A DNA stretch of 64,000 nucleotides from Nitrosopumilus sp. (GTDB lineage: Archaea > Thermoproteota > Nitrososphaeria > Nitrososphaerales > Nitrosopumilaceae). This document shows positions 32,101 through 44,100 of the stretch, piece after piece (positions within the stretch are counted from its first letter, which is position 1; each line of letters begins with the position of its first letter). The notes below the pieces were generated by a model. The model had not been told where the DNA came from. It searched no databases and saw nothing but the letters and a program-made list of their open reading frames with translations. A program made the translations under genes and the position numbers. The stretch lies in the NCBI GenBank assembly GCA_965249555.1, contig OZ252243.1:480001-544000 (forward strand), in the 5' to 3' direction.

Positions 32101-35100
32101 CTGCCCCTTTCACAAGTGCTGGAGTAATAGGTACAGTTGCTGTAGATAGAGTCAAAGTGGATGAGTCACTTGTCTGGGAAACATCATTGTGTGATTCGAT
32201 ACGATAAGTGTAAGTTCCAGGAGCGATGGTACTATCAAGGTATGATGGTGTAGTACGACTTCCTTGGTAGGCATCATCTCTATACACAGTATATTCTCTG
32301 GCACCATCCACTGCATCCCATAGAATCTCAATAGTTGTGTAAGTGATTGTTCCTGCTCTAAGTGTAGGAGGTGCAGGTTCGGTGCGTATGGGTATGCTGC
32401 CAAGTTCATCACCATCAAATGAGAGGGTGACTGTACCATCATAATCATACCCGACTGGTACCGTAGTAGATGATTCTGAACCTGCATCACCAGATGCAAT
32501 GGGGACGGTATCTGTTGTACCACCGTATCCAATTGTGAAATCACCATATGTTAGCGGTGTGAATGATACGGTTGCCTCATCACCATCTACTGTTACACTA
32601 AAAGAGCCTGTTTGGATTGGAGATGTAGTTAAAATCAGTACGCCAGATTTGCCACTTTGCTGGAAAGCGATGTTAGATAACATGGCATGATAAGCGTAGG
32701 ATGTGTAAGGATCCAAGCCAGTGTCAGTGTATGATGTATCAGCGGTATTTGCTATGAATTCACCATCTCTATATAACGAATAGACCAAGGCACCATCCAC
32801 TGCACTCCATTCAATCTCAATGCTTGATTCGGTGATGATTTTTCCTGCTCTAAGTGTGGGTGCGGCTGGAATTGTATCAGTTGATGCTACAGTTGTAGAT
32901 GCTGCAAACTTTGCAGAAGGAGCACTTGGCCCGGCAGAATTTGTTGCCGTAATTATATAATTGTAATCTGTATTAGCAATCAGGCCGGTATCTGTGGCAG
33001 TCAATATATCGCCTGATGCCACTATAATATCTCCATGTGTTACACCTAAAACTTTACCAGTATCTGTGGCAGTCAATATAATGCCTGATGCCAATGTTAC
33101 ATCACTAATGCCATCAACAATTCTGATCAGGGTGTAACTATTAGCATTATCCACTGCATCCCATGATAACGTTATGCTTGTTTCAGTGACTTCTCCCAGT
33201 ACAAGTGCTGGAGTAGCAGGTGCTCCAGCTGTAGTTACATCCAACCCGGCAGATGGAACGCCTGTATACGTATCAGAATGTGATGTAATAGTAAAAGTGT
33301 AATTGGTTTCAGCAGTTAAATTATCAACAGTATGCGTCAAAGCACTGGTGCGTATTACCAATGTATTACCGTTGAACAGTGAATATTCAGTTGCACCAGT
33401 TGGTGCAGTCCATGTAATTATTACACTCGTATCAGTAATTTCTCCTGCAGAAAGTACAGATGGTACTATGGTTGTAACTGCATCCAGATCCTCAGATGGA
33501 ACGCTTGTCCCGGCAGCGTTAGTTGCTGTGGCATGATATGTGTAGGATGTTCCGGGAGTTACTATATTATCAGTGTAGGATAATTCAGTGACAGGTCCCA
33601 GGGAAGCATCATCCCTGAACAGCTCGTATTCTGTGGCACCAGTCACTATATCCCATGAAATCACAACACTTGTCGGAGTGATTTCTCCCAGTACAAGTGC
33701 GGGTGGGGCAGGTCCAGTAGTTACAGATACACTGCCAACTTGTGCACCATCAAATGAGAGGGATACATCTCCATCATAATTATACCCGACTGGCACTATA
33801 GTAGTTGATGTTTCACCCAACTCATCATTTGCAATGCTGACAGTTCTCTGATCAGTGCCATATGCAATTATGAAATCGCCGGATTTTAATGGTACAAAGG
33901 ATACGGATGCGTCATTAACGCCAGCTATGACACCAAAAGAGCCTGATGCAATTGGAGGTATCTCAATTGGCGTACCAGGTGTTGCAGTCGAACTTGTAGA
34001 TACAACCAGATTGGCAGATGGTTCACTGGTCTGGGAAATGTCGTTAGTTGATGTGGCATGATAAATGTAAATCGTTTCAGGAGTCAAGCCAGCGTCAGGG
34101 TAGGATAATTCAGTGACAGGTCCCAGGGAAACATCATCTCTGAATAGCTCGTATCCTGTGGCACCAGTTTGTGCATCCCATTCAATCATAATGCTTGTTT
34201 CAGTGATTGCACCAGGTCTAAGTGTAGGAGGTGTTATGGTTGTAGATATTTCCAGATCAGCAGAGTTGTCACTTGTCTGTGGAATGTCGTTAGTTGATGT
34301 GGCATGATATGTGTAGGATGTTCCGGGAGTTACTGCAGTATCAGAATATGATGTACCAGTGACAGGTCCCAGGGAAACATCATCTCTGAATAGCTCGTAT
34401 CCTGTGGCACCAGTTTGTGCATCCCATTCAATCACAATGCTTGTTTCAGTGATTGCACCAGGTCTAAGTGTAGGTGGTGCTATGGTTGTAACTGCAACCA
34501 GATTGGCAGATGGTTCACCGGTCTGGGAAATGTCGTTAGTTGATACGGCATGATATGTGTAGGATGTTGCAGGAGTCAAGCCAGTGTCAGGGTAGTATAA
34601 TTCAGTGACAGTTTCCAAGAAAGCATCATCTCTGAATAGCTCGTATCCTGTGGCACCATTTACGGCAGTCCATGTAATCTCAATGCTTGTTTCAGTGATT
34701 GCTCCTGCGACAAGTTCAGGAGGTGCTATGGTTGTAACTGCAACTAGATCCTCAGAGTTGTCACTTGCCTGCGAAGCACGGTTATTTGATGTGGCATGAT
34801 ATGTGTAGGATGTTCCGGGATCCAAGCCAGTGTTAGTGTGGTTTAAACCAGAAATAGCTCTTATGAGAATGTCATCTCTATACAACTTGTAGAAGAAGGC
34901 ACCTGGTTGTGCATCCCATACAATCACTATACTTGTCGAATTGATTGCTTCTTTCACAAGTACGGGTGGGGCAGGTAGTGTATATGCCCTAGCTGTAGTT
35001 ACAGCCCGATTGGCAGAGTCCTCACTTGTCCCAACAGAATTAGTTGCTGTGGCATGATATGTGTAGGTTGATGCAGGAGTCAAGGTCTCATCAGTGTAGG

Positions 35101-38100
35101 ATAATTCAGTGGTAGTTGTCACTGAGTTGCCATCTCTAAACAGCTCGTATCCTGTGGCACCAGTCACTGCATCCCATGTAATCACTATACTTGTCGAAGT
35201 GATTTCTCCTGACCTAAGTGCAGGTGGGGCAGGTGGAGTTGCTGCATCAGTCCTTGCAGTAACCTCGTTAGATGAACCACTTGGTCCAGCGGAATTTGTA
35301 GCTATAATGGTATACTTGTACGGTGTGTCAGCAGTCAATCCGGTATCAGTGGCAGTCAGTTCAGTTATTGGCACATCAACATTGCCGCCTGCAACAATTC
35401 TGGTCACGGTGTAACTGTCGGCATCATCCACTGCAACCCATGAAAGTGATATGGTTGTATCAGTGGTAGAGTCTACAGAAAGCACAGGTATTTCAGGTAC
35501 AGTTGGTGCAACAGTTGGTGCTGCAAGTGTAGTTACAGACACGACATCAGAGGCGGCACTGTCTCCAGCTAGAGCCACTGCCTTTATGGAATAGGTGTAA
35601 GTTGTTGCAGGTTCCAAGGTATCATCAGTGTATGATATAGTGCCCCCAGAGACCGATATCTCAGTTGTCACGGTGTTAACTGTTCTGCTCAGCGTATAAC
35701 CAGTTGCACCAGTCTGCTCATCCCATGAGAACACTACACTGTTATGAGTAATATCTCCTTTGACAAGTGTCGGGGTGCCAGGTATAGTTGATACTGATTC
35801 CCTTGCATATTCATGTCCACCAAATGAGATGACAATCTCACCAATAAAGCCATGACCAGTTGATAGTGTAATATTTTCGGTGGCATTACCTACTTCATCA
35901 GTATTAATAGTCCAGAGCGTGCTCGGACCACCTACTGCTTGAATCAGAAATGTGCCTGCTCTTAATGGTACAAAGGATACAGTTACATCTCCATCATCAT
36001 GTGCAGTAGCGATAAATGTGCCTGCCTTGATTGCCAGTGTCCTTGCAGACTGGCTTGCAACATCCTTACTGTCAAATGAGAGGGTTACATCACCATCAAA
36101 GTCATACCCAACTGTTATTGTGCTCTCTTTTACTGCTGAATCTGATACATCCTCAGCTGAGACAGCAACTGTATCACTTGACTCACTAGATGTAATCGTA
36201 AATGTGCCTTCCTTTAAGGCTGTAAATGTCACAAGTAATTTGTCTGCATTTGCCGTATGGGTAACCTCAAAAGAGCCTGCCTTGATTGCCGGCGTTTCAA
36301 CTGGTGCTGCAGTTGTAGATGCTGCAAACTCTGCAGAAGGAGTACTTGTCCCGGCAGCATTTGTTGCCACAATGACATACTTGTAATTAGTTGAAGGAGT
36401 CAGGTTCCTATCTGTGGCAGACAATATATCGCCTGATTCCACCACTACATTATCACCGCCATCAACAATTCTGGTCAGAGTGTAAGTTTTGGCATTAGCC
36501 ACTGCACCCCATGCGAGCTCTATGGTATTATGAGTATTAGATGCAATACCAAGTGCGGGAGTAGCAGGTGCTGATGCTGTAGTTACTGTGTATGTTCTAG
36601 TTGCAGGGTTAGCTGCATTGTTTGATGCATCTACAGAATTATAAGTGATAATGTAATCGTCTGGTGTGTCTATATTGACATCTCCAGTTGTAGTAACTAT
36701 AGAGTCATCATCAGTTCTGACTCCTTCAAGCAAGTTAGGTTGTGCTGAGCCAGCTTGTAGTGTAACGGTAAGAGGATTTACTGTGATTACTGGTGGTATG
36801 GTATCAAGTGTAATGACTAAAGCTGGTGATGCGTCAGATGTGTTGACTCTATCAGATGCTGTTGCAGTGAATGAGTTGGCACCTTCATCTAGTGCAACTC
36901 CTGTAAATGAGAAATTCCCGTCACCATCGGCAATTACTGTACCAGCTGATGTTCCTCCATTGAATAGTGCTACAGTTGTCCCGGCCTCAGCCGTACCTTC
37001 AATCGTGATTGTTTGTGTATTGACAGTTGCAGGTGAGGTGGTAATTGCAGGAACTGGTGGTGTTTCAGTATCAAGTGTAATGACTATAGCTGATGATGCT
37101 GCAGATGTGTTGACTCCATCAGATGCTGTTGCAGTGAATGAGTTGGCACCTTCATCTAGTGCAACTCCTGTAAATGAGAAATTCCCGTCACCATCGGCAA
37201 TTACTGTACCAGCTGATGTTCCTCCATTGAATAGTGCTACAGTTGTCCCGGCCTCAGCCGTACCTTCAATCGTGAATGATTGTGTATTGACAGTTGCAGG
37301 TGAGGTGGTAATTTCAGGAACTGCTGGTGCTGTAACATCAGGTCCTACTGTTACAGTTTCAGTGATTGTTGTGGTTTGTCCATTGCTGTCAGTTACAGTA
37401 TAAGTTACGATATATTCTCCAGAAGTGTTGACATTTACCAAGTCATCACCAACTACAATACTAGATGCAATTACTGAGATATCAGATTGATTGTTAATTG
37501 CACCTGGGGCGTATGTTCCGCCAAATGGTACTGCAGTGGAATAGTCAGCTGTTTTACCATCAACATCAAAGGTTGGCGGTGTGGTATCAGATACGGTAAT
37601 TGTAATTGATTGTTGGTCTGGCGTGTTACCTGCTGTATCAGCTGGCGCATCATACAATACGGCGTATACTCCTATAACACTGGAGTTAGGCGCATCATCT
37701 GTAACTGTTACTGTTCCAGAGTAGGCTGGGTCATTATCTTCTACAGTAGCGTCAGGTATAGTGTAGGTGTTGGTTTGAGTTAACTCTATTGTTTCACTGG
37801 ATCCTGATACCGTGATTACCGGTTTTTCGGTATCAAGTGTAATGACTAAAGCTGATGATGCTGCAGATGTGTTGACTCCATCAGATGCTGTTGCAGTGAA
37901 TGAGTTGGCACCTTCATCTAGTGCAACTCCTGTAAATGAGAAATTCCCTGAACCATCGGCAATTGTCGTACCAGCTGGTGTCACTCCATTGAATAGTGCT
38001 ACAGTTGTCCCGGCCTCAGCCGTACCTTCAATCGTGAATGATTGTGTATTGACAGTTGCAGGTGAGGTGGTAATTTCAGGAACTGCTGGTGCTATGGTAT

Positions 38101-41100
38101 CAAGTGTAATGACTATAGCTGATGATGCTGCAGATGTGTTGACTCTATCAGATGCTGTTGCAGTGAATGAGTTGACACCTTCATCTAGTGCAACTCCTGT
38201 AAATGAGAAATTCCCTGAACCATCGGCAGTTGTCGTACCAAGAGATGTTGTTCCACGGAATAGTTCTATAGTTGCTCCGGCCTCAGTTGAACCGCCTTCA
38301 ATTGTGATTGGTGTTGAATTTACAGTTGCAGATGGTGTGGTAATTGTAGGAACTGGCGGTGCTGTAATGTCAGGTGCTGCATCAGTCCTTGCAGTAACCT
38401 CGTTAGATGAACCACTTGTACCGGCAGCATTTGTTGCCGTAATGACATACCTGTACGGTGTCTCAGCAGTCAGGCCAGTATCAGTGGCAGTCAATGCATC
38501 AGTTGTTGGCACTTCTACATTAGCACCGCCTGCAACAATTCTGGTCAGGGTGTAACTGTCGGCACCAACCCTATCCCATGATAGTGTTATGGTATTATGA
38601 GCGGTATCTGTAATTCTGAGTGTCGGAGTTGCAGGAGATGTAGTTACAGATAACGGTGCTGATGGTTGGCTTTTCACAGTACGATCACTGTTATATGATT
38701 CGACAGTAAAGGAATAAGTTGTTCCAGGAGTTAAATTAATGTATGTATGCGTTGTGCCAATAACTGTTATTGGTCGTGAGCCCTCTAGGTGCAAGAAATA
38801 GTCAGCAGCGCCATGTATAGCAGTCCATGTAATTGTTACACTTGTATCAGTGACTGCTCCTTTCATAAGTACTGGTGCGGCCAGTGTTGTAGCCACATCC
38901 AGATCATCAGAGTCCTCACTTGACCCGGCAGCGTTAGTTGCTGTGGCGTGATATGTGTAGAATTTTCCCGGAGTTACTGTAGTATCAGTGTGGGATAATT
39001 CAGTGGTAGTAGTTGCTATGGAAACATCATCCCTGAACAGCTCGTATCCTGTGGCACCCTCCACTACATCCCATGTAATCACTATGCTTGTATCAGTGAT
39101 TGCCCCGGTACCAAGTGCTGGTGCTGCAGGAACCGTAAGTACAGGTAACGCCGATGATGGTGAGCTTTTCACAGAATCACTGCTGCGTGACTCTGCAGCG
39201 AAAGAATAATCTGTACCGGCAGTCAGGCCAGTAACAGTATGCGTTGTGCCAGTAACTGTTGCTATTGGTGTTGCAGAATTATCTTGGTACAATAAATAGT
39301 CAGCAGCGCCATGTATAGCAGTCCATGTAATTATTACAGTTGTATCAGTGACTGCTCCTTTCACAAGTACTGGTGGTGCTATGGTTGTAGCTGCGGTCAG
39401 ATCCTTAGATGCGTCACTTGGCCCGGCAGAATTAGTTGCTGTGGCGTGATATGTGTAGGATTTTCCCGGAGTCAATTCATCATCAGTGTGGGATAATTCA
39501 GTGGTGGTAGTTGCTATGGAAACATCATCCCTGAACAGCTCGTATCCTGTGGCACCATCCACTATATCCCATGAAATCACAATGCTTGTATCAGTGACTG
39601 CTCCCTTCACAAGTACAGGTGGTTCAGATGCTACGGCATTTTTAGCAGGTATATCTTCCCATACCGTATCGCCTTCATATAATATAGTAAAACTACTACC
39701 AGTACCTTGCGTACCAGTATCGCCAGTTACGCCGATTCTGTCAGCGGCATTTGCCAGTTCAAGATCTGTACTCAAAGAAATAATATGGGAATCGGTAAAC
39801 ACCTCTGCAAGTGTACTTTCACTGTCGCCTGTATCTAGATAAATAATATATGTGCCTTCTACAGATGGTACATTCTCCCAGGACAGTCTGATGAAATCGT
39901 TAGCCAGTCTTTCAACTGTTAGAGTTGGTGCTGTGGTGTCAGGTGTTTCATCAGTACTTGCAGTGACCTCGTTAGAAGATTCACTTGGTCCAACGGAATT
40001 TGTAGCTATAAGGGAATACTTGTACTCTGTGTCTGCAGTCAGGTTCTCATCAGTGAAAGTCGTTGCATCGCCGGATAACGCTTCAGTACCATCAGCACTG
40101 CCTGCAAGGGTTCTGGTTAAAGTGTAACTGTTGGCATTACCCACTGTACCCCATGAAAGTGATACAGTTGTATCAGTGGTAGAGTCTACAGAAAGCACAG
40201 GAGTTGCAGGTGCAGTTGGTGCTGCAGCTGTAGTTGCAGAAAACTCTGCAAATTCACTTCCTTGAATGCCGTTTCCGATACCGGTTGGATTAACTGATCT
40301 GACATAATATGTGTAGGATGTTTCAGGAGTCAAATCAGGAATATAAAATGATAGTTCAGTGACGGTATTAAGACGGATATGAAGAACAGTAGGATCGTCA
40401 TAAATCAAATATCCTATGGCACCATCCACTGCATCCCATTCAATCGTTATACTTGTCGGAGTGACTGCTCCTACTCTAAGTATAGGAGGTGCAGGCGGAG
40501 TCCTTATGGATAAACTGTCAACTGGTACACTATCAAATGAGAGGGTTATATCTCCATTATAACTATACCCGACTGGTACTAGAGTAGATGATGTTTCACC
40601 CAACTCATCATTTGTAATGCTGACAGTAATGCTCTGATCAGTACCATATCCAATTATGAAATCACCGGATTTTAATGGTACAAAGGATATCAGTACATCA
40701 ACAGCGCGTATTTCGATAGCAAAAGGTTCTTGAATTGCAGGTATCTCAATTGGCGTACCAGGTGTTGCAGTCGAACTTGTAGATACAACCAGATTGGCAG
40801 ATGTGTCACTGGTCTGGGAGATATCATTGTGTGATTCTACACGATAAATGTAAATCGTTTCGGGTTCCAAGGAAACATCAGTGTATGATACGTCAGGGGT
40901 AGTTACTATGAGGGTACCATCTCTATACAATTTGTATTCTTGAGCACCAGTTGGTTCTTCCCATGCAAACTCAATGCTTGTAGGAGTTATTGTTGTTGCC
41001 TTAATTGTAGGAGGGGCAGGTTCGGTGTTTATTGGTATACTGTCAATTACATCACTGCCAAAGAAGAGGGCGACGGTTCTATTGAAATTATAACCGACTG

Positions 41101-44100
41101 GTACTATAGTGGTTGATACTGAACCTTCATCACCATCTGCAATGGTGACAGGGATGCTCTGATCACCATATTTAATGGTAAACTCACCGGATATTATTGG
41201 TACAAATGATACGGTTGCCTCATCACCATCAGCTGTAACATCAAAAGATTGTGCAGCCGAACTTATGGTTACGGCAAACTGGGCAGAAGGAGCACTTGTT
41301 TTGCCATCAGGTGTTGTTGCCGTAATTATATAATTGTATTCTGTCTCTGCAGTCAGGTTCTCATCAGTGGCAGTAAATATATCGCCTGATGCCACTGTTA
41401 CATCATTAATGCTATCAACAACTCTGGTCAGGGTATAAGTTTCGGCATTATTCACTGAATTCCATGAGAGCGTTATGCTTGTTGGAGTGACTGCTCCCAG
41501 TAAAAGTGTCGGAGTTTCAGGTACAGTCGTTACAGACTCCCTTGCAATTACATCACCATTAAACAAGATGAAGATATCCTCAGCAAAGCCAGGATCAGCG
41601 TCTCTTATGGTAACTGTTATTGGTATATCTATCTGTCCCGTCTCGACAATTTTTTCTATGGGCACAATAGAATTAGCGTTAATGATAAATGTGCCTGCAA
41701 GTACAGGTGTGAATGATACGGTTATGGTTCCATCCGCATTATCAGCAAATGCCAGGGTACCTGCCTTGATTGGGTCTACCACTATAGTAGTTACATGCTG
41801 CCTTACAACCTCGACACTATTATGGAAAAGAATGACATTGCCTGTAAAAGTAGGGCCAAGAGTAATTTGGACCAATGCATGGTCACCCGTAACAGGGATA
41901 TCTTTGGTATTGCCTCCCCACTCAACATGGTATGAGTCTAGCTCATAGGGCTCAAAGGATATCTGTGCTGTGATGCCATCAGATAATATGAAAACCTCAA
42001 AAGAGGTGTCCTCGATTACAAACTGATCAGTTGCGTAAGTTGGTGTTGTGACTGGTATAGGTATTGGAATTGTAGTTACAGTAATATCATCAGAACTGGC
42101 ACTAAATCCAGCTGCTGCCACTGCCCTTATGGAATAAGTGTAAGATGTTTCAGGTTCCAAGGTATCATCAGTGTATGATATCCCAGTCCCAACGACGGGT
42201 ATCTCAATTGGTCCTGTGCCACCTGTTCTGCTCAGCGTATAACCAGTTGCACCAGTCTGTCCATCCCATGAGAGACTAATGCTGTCATGAGTGACTGCTC
42301 CTGCGACAAGTGTGGGGGTGCCAGGTACAGTTGGTGCTGCAGTTGTAGATGCTGCAAACTCTGCAGAAGGAGTACTTGTCCCGGCAGCATTTGTTGCCAC
42401 AATGACATACTTGTAATTAGTTGAAGGAGTCAGGTTCCTATCTGTGGCAGACAATATATCGCCTGATTCCACCACTACATTATCACCGCCATCAACAATT
42501 CTGGTCAGAGTGTAAGTTTTGGCATTAGCCACTGCACCCCATGCGAGCTCTATGGTATTATGAGTATTAGATGCAATACCAAGTGCGGGAGTAGCAGGTG
42601 CTGATGCTGTAGTTACTGTGTATGTTCTAGTTGCAGGGTTAGCTGCATTGTTTGATGCATCTACAGAATTATAAGTGATAATGTAATCGTCTGGTGTGTC
42701 TATATTGACATCTCCAGTTGTAGTAACTATAGAGTCATCATCAGTTCTGACTCCTTCAAGCAAGTTAGGTTGTGCTGAGCCAGCTTGTAGTGTAACGGTA
42801 AGAGGATTTACTGTGATTACTGGTGGTATGGTATCAAGTGTAATGACTAAAGCTGGTGATGCGTCAGATGTGTTTGGTCCATCAGACGCTGTTGTAGTGA
42901 ATGAGTTCTCACCATCAGTCAGTGTAACTGTAAATGAGAAATTCCCTGTATCAGCAATTACTGTATCAACTGATGTTGCTCCCTTGAATAGTTCTACAGT
43001 TGTCCCGGCCTCAGCCGTACCTTCAATCGTGAATGATTGTGTATTGACAGTTGCAGGTGAGGTGGTGATTATAGGAGCTTCTGGTGGTATGGTATCAAGT
43101 GTAATGAATATAGCTGATGATGCGTCAGATGTGTTTGATCCATCAGATGCCGTTACAGTGAATGAGTTGGCACCCTCAGTCAGTGTAACTGTAAATGAGA
43201 AACTACCTGAATCAGCAGTTACTGTATCACCAGTTGATGTTCCTCCCTTGAGCAGTGCTACAGTTGTCCCGGCCTCAGCCGTACCTTCAATCGTGAATGA
43301 TTGTGTATTGACAGTTGCAGGTGAGGTGGTGATTATAGGAGCTTCTGGTGCCGTATCATCAGGTTCAGGTCCAGTAGTTACAGATTCCCTTGCAACCTCG
43401 GCACCGCCGGAAATTGAAATGATAACATTGCCAGTATAATCATACCCGACTGTTTCTATGTGAATGTTTGGGATGGATGCATCACCAATTCTAAAGTTAA
43501 TGATAGAACCATTCTCAAATTCAATTACAAAATTACCGGGATGTGAGGATGTGAAGGTTATGACTACTTTATCTCCGTCAGTATGAGGGGCACTGGTGAG
43601 AGTGTATGTGTGAGAAGCAGTACTTGCAGGAAACTCTGCAGAAGGTTCACTTGTTCCGGCAGCATTTGTTGCCGTAATGGTATACTTGTACGGTGTGTCA
43701 GCAGTCAGGCCAGTATCTGTGGCAGTCAATGCATCAGTTATTGGCACTGGTACATTAGCACTGCCATCAACAATTCTGGTCAGGGTGTAACTGTCGGCAT
43801 TAGTCACTGCACCCCATGAAAGTGTTATAGTTGTATCAGTAGTTGCTCCTGCAGAAAATACGGGAGTAGCAGGTGGAATAATTATGGATACACTGCCAAT
43901 CACCTCACCACCAAATGAGAGGGTGACTATACCACTATAATCAGACTCAACTGGTAATGTAGTAGTTGATTTCACACCTAATACAGTATCTGCAATGTTG
44001 ACATTAATGCTCTGATCAGTACTATATCCAATCGTGAAATCGCCGGATTTTAATGGTGTAAAGTATGCAGATGCTGTTCCATCATCAACAGCTATGACAC